Assembly: GCA_965243025.1 (NCBI GenBank)
Contig: CBDETY010000003.1
Coordinates: forward strand, 3,712,001-3,776,000
Reading direction: 5' to 3'
Length of the DNA stretch: 64,000 bases
From: Candidatus Latescibacterota bacterium
GTDB taxonomy: Bacteria > Latescibacterota > UBA2968 > UBA8231
A model generated the notes under the pieces. It did not search any database, was not told the origin of the DNA, and worked only from the letters and a program-made list of their open reading frames with translations. Below, one piece after another: positions 27,285-37,235 of the stretch; the stretch's first letter is position 1; each line of letters starts with the position of its first letter. Position numbers and translations under genes: made by a program.

Positions 27285-29945
27285 ATGTTGGAAGCTCGCC
27301 TGACAGCGGCGCTGGCGGCCGCCCTCCTGGCCGCCATCCCTGGCCGGGCAGGAGCCGCCGGGGCCCTTTCCTTCGAAGACGCCTCGGCGAGCCTGCGGGG
27401 CCATCACCCGGAGGAGCGCTCCCGCGACATCGGCTGGAACGGGGCGGCCTGGTTCGATTTCGACCGCGACGGCCTTCTCGACCTGTTCGTCGCGCGCGGC
27501 ACCTCGCAGAGCAACGCCCTGTTCCGCAACCTCGGGGACGGCACTTTCGCCGACGTCGCCTCCGGGGCCGGGGTCGCCAACGGCAGCGGCAGCGGCGCCG
27601 CCGTGGCGGGCGACATCGACAACGACGGCTTTCAGGACCTCATCGTCACCGGGGCCCGCCGCAGCCGTCCCGGCGGCACCACCGCGGCCAGGCTCTACCA
27701 CAACCAGGGGGACGGGACCTTCGCCGACATCACCGCGGCTTCCGGCGTCGCCGGACTGCGCACCATGGTCGGGGCCGCCTGGGGGGACGTCGACCGGGAC
27801 GGCCTGCTCGACCTCTACATCGGCGGCGGCGAGGTCGCCGCCCAGGGGAGCCGCCTGTTCCTCAACAACGGCGACGGCACCTTCGCCGACATCAGCGCCC
27901 TTACGGGAATCGACGAGTCGGACGGCAACATCCTCGGGTTGTTCAGCGACTTCGACGGCGACGGCTGGCCCGACCTGTTCGCCGCCCGCTTCAGCGGCAC
28001 GCAGTCGATCGCCCTGTGGCGCAACAACCGCGACTACACCTTCACCGACGTGCACGCCGAGGCCGGGTTGACCGACATCGGCGCCTGGATGGGGTGGGCC
28101 CCCGGGGACGTCGACAACGACGGCGACATCGACCTGTTCCTCACCAACTACGGGGGGGCCAGGGAGTTCCTCGGCCGCCTCTGGCCGCACGCCCTGTTCC
28201 TCAACAACGGAGACGGCACCTACGCCAACATGGCCGCTGACGCCGGCGCCGGCGCCTACGAGTTCGCATGGGGCTCCACCATGCAGGATTTCGACAACGA
28301 CGGGTTCATCGACCTGTTCTTCGCCGGCGCCGACCCCTTCAACGAGCAGGTGGGCCCGGGATGGGGGAACCCGGGACGGCTGCTGCTCAACAACGGGACA
28401 GGCACTGACGGGCAGGCGACTTTCAGGGATGCTTCCCAAGCCGTGCCCGTCGACCTCAGCAGTCACTACACCTCGTCGGTGGCCGCCGCCGACTACGACA
28501 GCGACGGCTGGGTGGACGTCGCCGTAACCACCGAGAGCTTCAACGGCTTCACCTCGAGGCCGGTGCTGCTGCGCAACCTCGGGACCGGGGGCACCTGGCT
28601 CACCGTCGAACTGCAGGGAACCGCCGCCAACCGCGACGCCGTCGGGGCCCGGGTCGAGGTCGATAGCGGCGGGCTCCTCCAGGTTCGCGAGCTGTACGCG
28701 GGTTCGGGATTCCTGTCGATGGACAGCCAGCGGCTGCATTTCGGCCTCGGCGGGGCCGGCTCGGTCGACCGGGTGCGCGTGACCTGGCCGTCCGGCCACG
28801 TCCAGGTCCTGGAGCAGGTCGTTGCCAACCGGCGCATCTTTCTGGCCGAACCGCCGGAGGCGGAACTCCCGCTGAAGATCCGCTGGCAGTCCCCCCTGCC
28901 CGACACCATCGCCGCGGGCAGCGAGGTCGCCCTCGACGCCGTTCTCCTGCTCGAGGAAGGGGAGGCGCGCGTCAGCGCCGACCTCGGCCGGCTCGGCGGC
29001 CCTTCCGAACAGCCGCTGGAACCCCTCGGAGACGGGCGCCACCGCCTCGAGGTCCGCTTCACCGCCAGCCTGGAGAACGGCCTGGCCCCGTTGCTGTTCC
29101 GCATCGGGGAAACAGTCGGGGAGGCGAAGACCCACCTCGAACCGGTCGCCCTGCTGCCCCCCGGCGACCTCCTGCTGTTCGGCGACGAGCTGGCTGAAGA
29201 CTGGGACTTCGACTTCGGCTCGCTGCGCCCCGAACCGGGGTCCGAACAGGTCTTCGAGGGAACAAGCGGACTGACCGTCAACTCCTCCCTGGGATTCTAC
29301 GATTTCGAGTTCGAGCCGGACCTGCCCCTGAAGGGGTTCGGGTACGAGCTGCGCTTCGCCTTCCATCCCGGAGACGTCGAGTTCACTCCCGGCACCAGCT
29401 TCAAGGTTTCCTTCGGCAGGAGATCGACCCTGTGGGAGACGCAGCTGCTGCTCCAGAACGGCGGCTCCGAAATCGACCTGGAGCGCAAGGAGTGGCAGCA
29501 GGTCGTCGTGCCGCTCGCCCCCTTCGGCGCCGACTACGTCGTGGAGCGGTTCTTCTTCTCCGGGTTCATGCGCGGCACCTTCCACATCGACGACTTGCGT
29601 CTCGCCGCCCTGTCCCCCGCGGCCCCGACAGCGGTGGTCGAACCCCTCGCAGGAGCCGCTCCGGCCGCTTTCGCCCTGCACCAGAACGCCCCCAACCCTT
29701 TCAACAGCGAGACCGTCATCCGTTTCGATCTCGACCGCGGCAGCGAGCGCACCCTCCTCGAGGTCTACAACAGCTCCGGACAGAGGGTGGCCGCCCTGCC
29801 CCTGGGCCGCAGGCCCGCCGGGGCCTGGAGCCTGCGCTGGGACGGCCGCGGAGACCGCGGGGAAAGGCTCGGCAGCGGGGTTTACCTTTACCGCCTGCGA
29901 ACCGACCGCGCCGACGCGGCGCGCAAACTCCTGATCCTGAGGTAG
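27285..29945 (+). CDS. Secreted FG-GAP/CRTAC1-UnbV protein with extra beta-sandwich domains and C-terminal FlgD-Ig (T9SS-like) domain
   Basis: Signal peptide from ATG 27285, DxDxDG repeats, UnbV 'SQRLHFGLG', C-terminal 'LHQNAPNPFNSET...WDG...SGVYLYRL'. Confidence 0.85.
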   Translation: MLEARLTAALAAALLAAIPGRAGAAGALSFEDASASLRGHHPEERSRDIGWNGAAWFDFDRDGLLDLFVARGTSQSNALFRNLGDGTFADVASGAGVANGSGSGAAVAGDIDNDGFQDLIVTGARRSRPGGTTAARLYHNQGDGTFADITAASGVAGLRTMVGAAWGDVDRDGLLDLYIGGGEVAAQGSRLFLNNGDGTFADISALTGIDESDGNILGLFSDFDGDGWPDLFAARFSGTQSIALWRNNRDYTFTDVHAEAGLTDIGAWMGWAPGDVDNDGDIDLFLTNYGGAREFLGRLWPHALFLNNGDGTYANMAADAGAGAYEFAWGSTMQDFDNDGFIDLFFAGADPFNEQVGPGWGNPGRLLLNNGTGTDGQATFRDASQAVPVDLSSHYTSSVAAADYDSDGWVDVAVTTESFNGFTSRPVLLRNLGTGGTWLTVELQGTAANRDAVGARVEVDSGGLLQVRELYAGSGFLSMDSQRLHFGLGGAGSVDRVRVTWPSGHVQVLEQVVANRRIFLAEPPEAELPLKIRWQSPLPDTIAAGSEVALDAVLLLEEGEARVSADLGRLGGPSEQPLEPLGDGRHRLEVRFTASLENGLAPLLFRIGETVGEAKTHLEPVALLPPGDLLLFGDELAEDWDFDFGSLRPEPGSEQVFEGTSGLTVNSSLGFYDFEFEPDLPLKGFGYELRFAFHPGDVEFTPGTSFKVSFGRRSTLWETQLLLQNGGSEIDLERKEWQQVVVPLAPFGADYVVERFFFSGFMRGTFHIDDLRLAALSPAAPTAVVEPLAGAAPAAFALHQNAPNPFNSETVIRFDLDRGSERTLLEVYNSSGQRVAALPLGRRPAGAWSLRWDGRGDRGERLGSGVYLYRLRTDRADAARKLLILR

Positions 29946-29951
29946 ACCGCC

Positions 29952-31529
29952 ATGCCCCAGCCCCGCATCATGTTCGAGAACGACTCGCGCCACACCCTCA
30001 TCTACATGTACGAGCCCCCGATCGCGGTGGAGGACCACCGGCAGGCGGTCGACGAGCTGCTCGGCACCCCGGTGGAAGCGCTGCTGTTCAACCTCGGCTA
30101 CGGCAACGCCTTCCTGCACGGCACCGAGTCCGGCGACCGCTGGGGCCCGGACGCCTTCGCCACCCAGCCGTTCCGCCCCGGCGGCGGCAGGCAGTGGGAG
30201 CACGTCGTCTTCATGCGCGCCTACCGCAACGCCGCGCAGCTGATCGCCGAGGGGAACGACCCGCTGCGCCTGGTCTGCGAGCGCGCCCACGAGCACGGGC
30301 TGCTGTTGTACCCGTCGCTGCAGGCCAACGCCGCCCTGCCGGAAAAGGAGCTCACCATCGGCGCCGGGGCCGGTCCCGACGGCTTTTCCGGGGCGGAGCT
30401 GGGGGACTACAGGCACGCCGAGGTGCGGGCCCGCCGGCTCGCCCTGATCGAGGAGGTGGTCGGCAACTACGACGTCGACGGCTTCGAGCTGAACCTCGGG
30501 CATTACGCCGGCAGCCGTTTCTTCCACCCGGAGTTCGCCGCCGGCCGGGGGAGGGAGGTCTTCTCCGGGTTCATCGCCGAGGTGAGCGCCGCGGTGCGCG
30601 GCAGCGGCCCGGACCGCGAGCTGGCGGTGCGGATGCCGGCGGACCCCGGGCGCTGCGGGCAGCTGGGGCTCGACCCGGCCGAGTGGTGCCGGCAGGGGCT
30701 GGTCGACGTGATCCTGGGGGAAAGCACGGCCGGGGCCTCGGTCACCGATCCCACCGTCGATTTCCGGCCGCTGCTCGAATGCGCCGAGGGGAGCGGCTGC
30801 CGGGTGCACGGGGTCCTGCGCAACCACGTCGACTCCGACCGCCTGTACACCGCCCCGATCCAGATGATCCGGGCGGCGGCCTGCAACTACTGGGAGCAGG
30901 GGGTCGACGGCCTGTGCTGCGCCCACTGGTGCGGCAACTGGCCGTACGGGCCGGAGTTCTACGAGCAGCTGCGCGAGCTGCCCTTCCCGGAGGTGATGGC
31001 GGCAAGGGACAAGATCTACGCGGTCCCGACGGTCACCGGGCGCTCCCCCGAACCTGCGGACGGCAACCAGCTGCCCGCCCCCCTCGAGCCCGGCGTCCCG
31101 GTCCGCCTGCAGGTACCGGTCAGCGACGACCTGCCCCGGCAGGAGGCGGCCGGGCGCCTGCACGAGGTGATCCTGAGAATCCGCGTCACCCGCGTCACCG
31201 AGCGCGACCGCTTACGCTTCCGCCTGAACGGGAGCGAGCTGCCCGCGGACCGCCTGCGCAGGATCGACCACGTCTACCAGATCAGCGCGCCCCGCTTCCG
31301 CTCGCACTCGAGCTACTGGTTCGTGTTCAAGCCCGGCCCCGGGGAGCTGCCTCTGCGCGGCGGCAACGAGATCGAGGTGACCCTGCTGGAACGGGACCCG
31401 GAGCTGACCCCGGAAATGGAGGTGCGCGACGTCGAGCTCGAGATCCGCTACCTGCGCGGCAGGAGCTACCACCGCGGGGAGCACAACACCGACCCGGACC
31501 TGGGGCCCTACCAGCACGCCGGCACCTGA
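29952..31529 (+). CDS. Glycosyl hydrolase-like 10 (DUF187-like) TIM-barrel protein
   Basis: 'IMFEND', 'DPLRLVCERAHEHG', 'DYRHAEVR...EEVVGNYDVDGFELN', 'WCRQGLVDVI'. Confidence 0.65.
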   Translation: MPQPRIMFENDSRHTLIYMYEPPIAVEDHRQAVDELLGTPVEALLFNLGYGNAFLHGTESGDRWGPDAFATQPFRPGGGRQWEHVVFMRAYRNAAQLIAEGNDPLRLVCERAHEHGLLLYPSLQANAALPEKELTIGAGAGPDGFSGAELGDYRHAEVRARRLALIEEVVGNYDVDGFELNLGHYAGSRFFHPEFAAGRGREVFSGFIAEVSAAVRGSGPDRELAVRMPADPGRCGQLGLDPAEWCRQGLVDVILGESTAGASVTDPTVDFRPLLECAEGSGCRVHGVLRNHVDSDRLYTAPIQMIRAAACNYWEQGVDGLCCAHWCGNWPYGPEFYEQLRELPFPEVMAARDKIYAVPTVTGRSPEPADGNQLPAPLEPGVPVRLQVPVSDDLPRQEAAGRLHEVILRIRVTRVTERDRLRFRLNGSELPADRLRRIDHVYQISAPRFRSHSSYWFVFKPGPGELPLRGGNEIEVTLLERDPELTPEMEVRDVELEIRYLRGRSYHRGEHNTDPDLGPYQHAGT

Positions 31530-31639
31530 ACCACTCTGAAGCAGAGATCCGTCGCCACGGGCCGGCGTCCAGCCTTGGGCAGCCGCGGCCAGCCCTGGGC
31601 AGCCGTTGTTTCCTGAAGGAGCCTCGGGATTCGCCGCTG

Positions 31640-32514
31640 CTACACGGAATCGACGAACTCGAGGATTGCCCGGGCCAGCTCCCGCGGCTTGTGAAAGCCG
31701 ATGTCGTGGATGGTGTCGGGTATCCAGCGCACGCGGCTGCCGGAGATGGCATCGGCGGCCAGTTTCACCAGGCGCCTGCGGTCGCGGGCGAAATCGCCGT
31801 CGGTTTCCGGGCTCCCGGGACCGGCGGGAACTATCAGCGTCGGGCACCGGATGCGCGGCCAGAGACCGGAGGAAGGGTCGTCCCACATGGCGCGCAGGAT
31901 CTGTGCATGGTTGCCGGGGCGCAGTATGTCGTGAATCCGCCCGTCGCGCTCGTCGACCATGGTCTGCACGATACGCTCCACCTCGCTGTTCCAGCAGACC
32001 TCGAGCTGACCGCGCATCCGCGCCAGGAACCCGGCGCGGTCGCCCGACACGTCGCGCGGCGCAAACCTTCCGCTGAAGTCTTCCCAGGCGCCCCCCGGTA
32101 CCATCTCCGGGCCGACGAAGCCGCCGTCGATCAGTACCAGGGCCCGGACGCGCCCCGGGAAGTGGGCGGCGGCGCCGACGGCGACGTTGCCGCCCCAGGA
32201 GTGCCCGAGAAGGACAGCCTTCTCGATGCCGAGCACGTCGAGCAGCCCGACAGCGTCGGAGGCCAGCGAACGCCAGCCGTAGCCCTCGGCGGCCTGCGTC
32301 GTGCCGCCGTGGCCGCGTTGGTCGGGGCGACGATACGCAACCGTTCGCACAGAAACGGAGCGAGGATGTCGTACCAGTGGGCGGAAGAGGCCAGCCCGTG
32401 CAGGGCCAGCACGGGAGTCCCGCGGCCGCCCCAGTCGAGGTAGCGCATCCGCAGGGAGCGCACCTCAGCCCACTCTTCGGCCGGCAACCGCTTTCCTGGA
32501 ACTGGACCTTGCAT
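31640..32514 (-). pseudogene. Alpha/beta hydrolase with 1-nt frameshift (probable sequencing error)
   Basis: The N-part 'YLDWGG..LALHGLASSAHW..RIVAP' joins 'DQRGHG..LLGHSWGG..H' if one base is added to the G4 run at 32324-32327. Confidence 0.85.
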
Positions 32515-32570
32515 CAGGACTTCCTCAATCGGGGTCGAGTGGCGACAGGTGTTCGCCGCCCACTGGAATC

Positions 32571-32736
32571 TAGTGTCCCGTCGCAGAAATATCTCGACAT
32601 TGGGATGCCGATCCATCCCGGCTCACGGCGTTGCCTTCGCTCGCCGTACACCCTCGGTACGACTCGCTCAGGCGCCTTGTGAGCCGGGCGCCTCGGCATC
32701 CCAATTTGGTCAATCTATCTCTGCGACGGGACACTA
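32571..32736. mobile_element. 166-bp MITE with IS630-like ends and TA duplication
   Basis: TA + GTGTCCCGTCGCAGAAATA (32573-32591) ... TATCTCTGCGACGGGACAC (32716-32734) + TA; the TIRs match at 18/19. Nested internal inverted repeats and no transposase. Confidence 0.85.
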
Positions 32737-32856
32737 TCCACTCTTTCCCGATACTCCGCCACGGCCCCCTGCCACCCTGCCTCGCGGCGCTGCCAAGGTG
32801 CCTGCACGGCCGGGGCCGGGCGCCGGAAAAATCCCATTTCAGACGGTGAAACCGGC

Positions 32857-34578
32857 ATGAGCGACGACACCCTTGCCCGCGACCTGGTCCGGCTCGACGG
32901 ACGGCCGTACGGGCACTACCGGGGCCTGCGCGGCCGCAGCTACCCCCTGGGTCCCTGCACTCTTCGCTTCGATCACGTTCAGGGGGACCCCTTCGCGGCC
33001 CCGAGCCGGCTGCGCATCGACGTACCGCCCGAGGTGGCTGCGCTCCCGGCCTGGGCCCGCCACGGCCGGGACGCGCGCCGCGCTACCGCGGACTTCCTGC
33101 AGCGGGCGCTGCGTCCGGCGCTGGGCGGGGCTGCCGGCGGCGCCGGCAGCGGCAGGAGCGGCCTGCTGGAGATCAGCCCGGCCGGCCAGGAGGTCCTGGA
33201 ACGGACCGGGGTCGTCGTCGATGCGGATGGCGGCGCCCGGGTCCGTCTGTGCGCCGGGCTGCCGGCGGCGGGCCGCCGCATCCTCGGCAGGGAGGCCGCC
33301 GACCTGCTGACCGGGCGCCTGCGCTCGGGGCTCCTGGCCGCGGCCGGCGGCCTCGACTCGGAGGCGCTGCGCTCCCACGTCCGCGCCGTCGAGGACCAGG
33401 CCGCCCTGCGCGCGCAGCTGGGCGAGCGCGGACTGATCGCCTTTCTCGCCGAGGGCAGCGTGCTGCCGCGGCGCAGCGGCGTCGACCCGCGGCCGCTTCC
33501 GGATGGGCTGCCACTTCAGGTTCCCGACGCCCTGGCGGTCGAGCTGCAGGCTCCGCACGCCGGCAGGCTGCGCGGCCTGGGGATACGCGCCGGTGTCACC
33601 CTGATCGTCGGGGGCGGCTACCACGGCAAGTCGACGCTGCTGCGCGCGCTCGCCCTCGGCATCTACGATCACGTCCCCGGGGACGGGCGCGAGCGCTGCG
33701 TGTCGGCGGAGGAGCTGGTGAGCGTGCGCGCCGAGGACGGCCGCTCGGTGCGCGGCGTCTGCCTGACCCCCTTCATCCGCGGCCTGCCGCTGGGGCGGGA
33801 GACGGATTGCTTCGACAGCGACGAGGCCTCGGGCAGCACCTCCCAGGCCGCCGCCATCGTCGAGGCGCTCGAGGCCGGGGCCACCGGCCTGCTGATCGAC
33901 GAGGACACGGCGGCGACCAACTTCATGATCCGCGACGCCCGCATGCGCCGTCTCGTCCCCGGGGACCGCGAGCCCATCATCCCCTACATCGACCGCGTGC
34001 GCCAGCTCCGGGAAACCCGCGGCGTCTCCTCGGTGCTCGTGGCGGGCGGTGCCGGAGACTACCTCGACGTCGCCGACTGCGTCATTCAGATGGAGGACTG
34101 CCAGCCCCGCGACGTCACGGCGCTGGCGCGGGAGGTCGCCGCCAGCCGGCCCCTGGGAGAGGCGGAACCGCGCCCACCCGATGAGTGGACTCCGGCGGCG
34201 GCGAGGGTTCCCCTGCCCGAAAGTCTCGATCCCCGCCGGGGGCGCCGCGCCGAGAGGGTGCGGGCGGTGAGGACGCGGTCGATCGAGTTCGGCGCCGAGG
34301 AGATCGACGTAGGACTGCTGTTCCAGATCGTGGACCCGGCCCAGTGCCGGATGATCGGCGACGCCCTGCTCAGGCTCGCGCGCGGGCTGTGCGACGGGCG
34401 CGGCGACCTTCCCCGGATCCTGGCCGCGCTCGAGGAGGAGATGCTGGAGGGCGGACTCGAGGCCCTGGCGGCCCCGGGGTTCGGAGACCGGGCCCGGGGC
34501 CGCCGCTTCGAGATCGCCGCGGCTCTCAACCGGCTGCGGAGCCTGCGTGTGGCGGCGCCAGGCCCGGACCAGCCCTGA
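32857..34578 (+). CDS. ABC-ATPase domain-containing protein (PF09818 / MRB1590-like P-loop ATPase)
   Basis: 'DHVQGDPFAAPS', Walker A GGGYHGKST, 'HVPGDGRE', 'ASGSTSQAA', 'LLIDEDTAATNFMIRD'. Confidence 0.9.
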   Translation: MSDDTLARDLVRLDGRPYGHYRGLRGRSYPLGPCTLRFDHVQGDPFAAPSRLRIDVPPEVAALPAWARHGRDARRATADFLQRALRPALGGAAGGAGSGRSGLLEISPAGQEVLERTGVVVDADGGARVRLCAGLPAAGRRILGREAADLLTGRLRSGLLAAAGGLDSEALRSHVRAVEDQAALRAQLGERGLIAFLAEGSVLPRRSGVDPRPLPDGLPLQVPDALAVELQAPHAGRLRGLGIRAGVTLIVGGGYHGKSTLLRALALGIYDHVPGDGRERCVSAEELVSVRAEDGRSVRGVCLTPFIRGLPLGRETDCFDSDEASGSTSQAAAIVEALEAGATGLLIDEDTAATNFMIRDARMRRLVPGDREPIIPYIDRVRQLRETRGVSSVLVAGGAGDYLDVADCVIQMEDCQPRDVTALAREVAASRPLGEAEPRPPDEWTPAAARVPLPESLDPRRGRRAERVRAVRTRSIEFGAEEIDVGLLFQIVDPAQCRMIGDALLRLARGLCDGRGDLPRILAALEEEMLEGGLEALAAPGFGDRARGRRFEIAAALNRLRSLRVAAPGPDQP

Positions 34579-34743
34579 GCGCGAATTCACTCATGGTCTC
34601 GCCCCGTCCCGGGGAGGGTTTCCGGAATGTTCTTCCCCGGTCAATCCCGCGGCGTGGAACGGCGCCGGGAGTATGGGGGGGCCAGGACGGCTCCGGGCGG
34701 GCGGCCGAACTGACAAACGGAACCTCGCCCTCCAGGGTAGATC

Positions 34744-34779
34744 TTGCCCTTTCCCCAATAGTGATTATAATCACTATTG
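34744..34779 (+). promoter_or_regulatory. Sigma70-like promoter overlapped by a perfect 24-bp palindromic operator
   Basis: TTGCCC (34744-34749), 16 bp, TATAAT (34766-34771). Palindrome CAATAGTGATTA|TAATCACTATTG at 34756-34779. ATG at 34782. Confidence 0.8.
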
Positions 34780-34781
34780 CC

Positions 34782-35471
34782 ATGCAAGCCCGGGAAATGG
34801 AGGATGTATTCGCGGCCGCCGCCCGTCTGCAGGAGTTGGTGCCGGACGCTGTTCTGGTCGGTGGCTCAGCCGCCGTCCACCACGCCGGACACCGGATTTC
34901 GCTCGACGACGACCACGTCGTCCGGCACCTTCGCGACCGCTTCGACGACGTTCTGGCGGACCTCGAGGCAACCGAGGGTTGGATCACCGCCCGAGTCCAG
35001 CGGCCGGTGCTGATCCTCGGCCGACTCGACGGTGTGGAAACCGGAATTCGGAACCTCATCCGCCGCCTGCCTCTGGAGGTCGAAGAGGTAGCGATCGGGG
35101 AACGCACCTTGCGGGTACCGACCCTGTCAGAGGTCGCCCGCATCAAGGCCTGGCTCTGCCTGATGCGCAATGCGACCCGGGACTATCTCGATTTCGCCGC
35201 CCTTGGAGACCGACTCGGCGACAGGGATGCGGTCGGCGTGATCCTGGATATGGACCAGTACTACGCCGATCAACTGGGTCCAGATGGCCGGCGCGTCGCC
35301 ACCCAGGTCGCCAGGCAACTGGCGGAGCCCCGTCCCGGGGACCTGTCGGAAGTGGATCTTGTTTCATACCGAAGGCTTGAGCATCGGTGGCAGGACTGGC
35401 AGGCTGTCGTCGACGTTTGCCGCCGGATCGCCGTCAAAGTCCTCGATCGGCTCGCGGAGGATTCAGTGTGA
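34782..35471 (+). CDS. Pol-beta-like nucleotidyltransferase (AbiEii/MenT-like putative toxin)
   Basis: 'LVGGSA...HRISLDDD' NTase motif and C-terminal 'IKAWL...RNATRDYLD' (AbiEii K...RD..D). Confidence 0.75.
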   Translation: MQAREMEDVFAAAARLQELVPDAVLVGGSAAVHHAGHRISLDDDHVVRHLRDRFDDVLADLEATEGWITARVQRPVLILGRLDGVETGIRNLIRRLPLEVEEVAIGERTLRVPTLSEVARIKAWLCLMRNATRDYLDFAALGDRLGDRDAVGVILDMDQYYADQLGPDGRRVATQVARQLAEPRPGDLSEVDLVSYRRLEHRWQDWQAVVDVCRRIAVKVLDRLAEDSV

Positions 35472-35959
35472 ACCATCGCCACCTCGAGATAGTCTCCGGC
35501 ACTCCGGTCGAATCGCAACCGCTGGCTGCCATCGCCGACGTTCTGCAACGAGGCGATCTCGACGAGTGGCGGCCGATCGCCAAGGCCATTCTCCGGGATC
35601 CGACGGGTGAGTTTGCCGCCAATGTGTTGCGCCTGGTAGACGCTTACCCGATGTACGGGACCTCCACCCTCTGGCGGTCGTGGATCGACCGTTGCCGTGC
35701 CCGCGCCGGGAACGGGGCGCTGTCGAAGGAGGTGAAACTTTCGACCCTCCGGCGACGACTGGGGCTTACCCAGGTCGAGGTCTCCCGTCGAATGGGTATC
35801 TCCCAGTCCGACCTGTCCAAGCTCGAGCGCCGGGGGGACCTGCGGCTGTCAACGCTGCGGTCGTACGCGCAGGCCCTCGGGGGCGGCATTCGGATTCTCT
35901 TTGTTTCCGACGAGGGGACCACCGCCATCCGGCTGGACGGCACAGGCCGCGCAAGTTGA
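35468..35959 (+). CDS. XRE-type HTH protein with extra N-terminal helical domain (putative antitoxin/repressor)
   Basis: GTGA overlap with the NTase stop. 'LRRRLGLTQVEVSRRMGISQSDLSKLE..DLRLSTLRSYAQALGG'. Confidence 0.8.
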   Translation: MNHRHLEIVSGTPVESQPLAAIADVLQRGDLDEWRPIAKAILRDPTGEFAANVLRLVDAYPMYGTSTLWRSWIDRCRARAGNGALSKEVKLSTLRRRLGLTQVEVSRRMGISQSDLSKLERRGDLRLSTLRSYAQALGGGIRILFVSDEGTTAIRLDGTGRAS

Positions 35960-36257
35960 CCCGGCCGCCGGCGAGGTCCAATATCTGTTTCCTGCATTTC
36001 CTGGCGCGACCGGAACCATTCCTCCGTCTGCCCAGGCCACAGCCCTTCCCTGGGCATATCGTCCCGCCGACCATCGAGATTCCATGCGACCGCGGCCGGG
36101 AAGGTCCTCAGCGATGATTCCGCATTTCCCCCGGATTTCGCACACCACCAGAGCCTGCCGGTGAAGTGGTTCGGACCTGAATCCCGGAATTACACCACGC
36201 GGAACCACCGGCCCGGTTCGGCGGTTCAGTAGATACCGCGCGACCTCGAACTTCACG

Positions 36258-37160
36258 ATGCGCCTCAGTCGACCGGATTCCCCCCGCACGCGCCGGCCGT
36301 GGATACCGCTGGCCGCCATCCTGCTCGCATCAGTCCCCGCGCAGCTGCATGCCGGCGCCTGGACGCAGCCCCCCGGCGGTCTGTACCTCAAGGTTGCCGG
36401 GCTCTCCTTCCGCTCCGGGGAGTTCCTCGACGCCGAGGGGGAGCGCCTGGCCCGGCAGGAAAAGCCCAGCACCGAGGAGCTGCGCGACAGGAACGCCTCG
36501 GTCTACCTGGAATACGGTGTGAGGGAGCGCCTGACCCTGGTTGCCTCTCTTCCCTACAAGCGCCTGGTGCACGAGAAGACGGAGGTGAGGCACTTCGAGA
36601 GTCTCGACACCACCATAACCCGGATCTACCCCGACGAGAACGAATCCGGTTTCGCCGACCTCGAAATGCGCCTGCGCTGGCGCCTGCTGCAGGATCCGGC
36701 CGTGGTCTCCGTGACTCTCGGCGGCAAACTGCCGATGGGCTACGAAATGCGGGAGGAAAGCAACGTCCCCCTGGGAACCGCGGAGATCGACGGCGACACC
36801 CGCCTGCTGATAGGCAAATCCCTTTACCCGTTGCCGGGGTACGTTACGAGCGCGATCGGCTACCGCAGGCGGGGCGGCATCTTCAGCGACGAGCTCCTCT
36901 ACAGTTTCGAGGCCGGTTTCACCTACGGGAAACTGCTGGTCAAAGGGGTGGCCGAGGGAGTGCGGACGTTCGGGGACTGCGGAGCAACCGGCGCCATGGG
37001 CATGCTGATAGGGGACCAGAACAGCCTGAAACTGGCGCCCGGGATAATCTGGTCCCTGAGCGAACGGCTGGAACTGGGGGCCGACCTGTTTCACATCGTC
37101 TCCGGCTGCAATACCGCGGCCGGAACGACCTGGGCCCTGGGGCTGGCTTTCAAGCGTTGA
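36258..37160 (+). CDS. Secreted putative outer-membrane beta-barrel protein
   Basis: Signal peptide ending 'LHAGAW', amphipathic strands ('VYLEYG', 'GFADLEMRLRWRL'), C-terminal 'LGLAFKR'. Confidence 0.6.
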   Translation: MRLSRPDSPRTRRPWIPLAAILLASVPAQLHAGAWTQPPGGLYLKVAGLSFRSGEFLDAEGERLARQEKPSTEELRDRNASVYLEYGVRERLTLVASLPYKRLVHEKTEVRHFESLDTTITRIYPDENESGFADLEMRLRWRLLQDPAVVSVTLGGKLPMGYEMREESNVPLGTAEIDGDTRLLIGKSLYPLPGYVTSAIGYRRRGGIFSDELLYSFEAGFTYGKLLVKGVAEGVRTFGDCGATGAMGMLIGDQNSLKLAPGIIWSLSERLELGADLFHIVSGCNTAAGTTWALGLAFKR

Positions 37161-37235
37161 GGGGAACCGCCCCGGAGTGCAAGGCGGTTCTCATGCATTT
37201 CCGCTGTTTGACCGACAAGTGAAAGGAGGCCGAGG

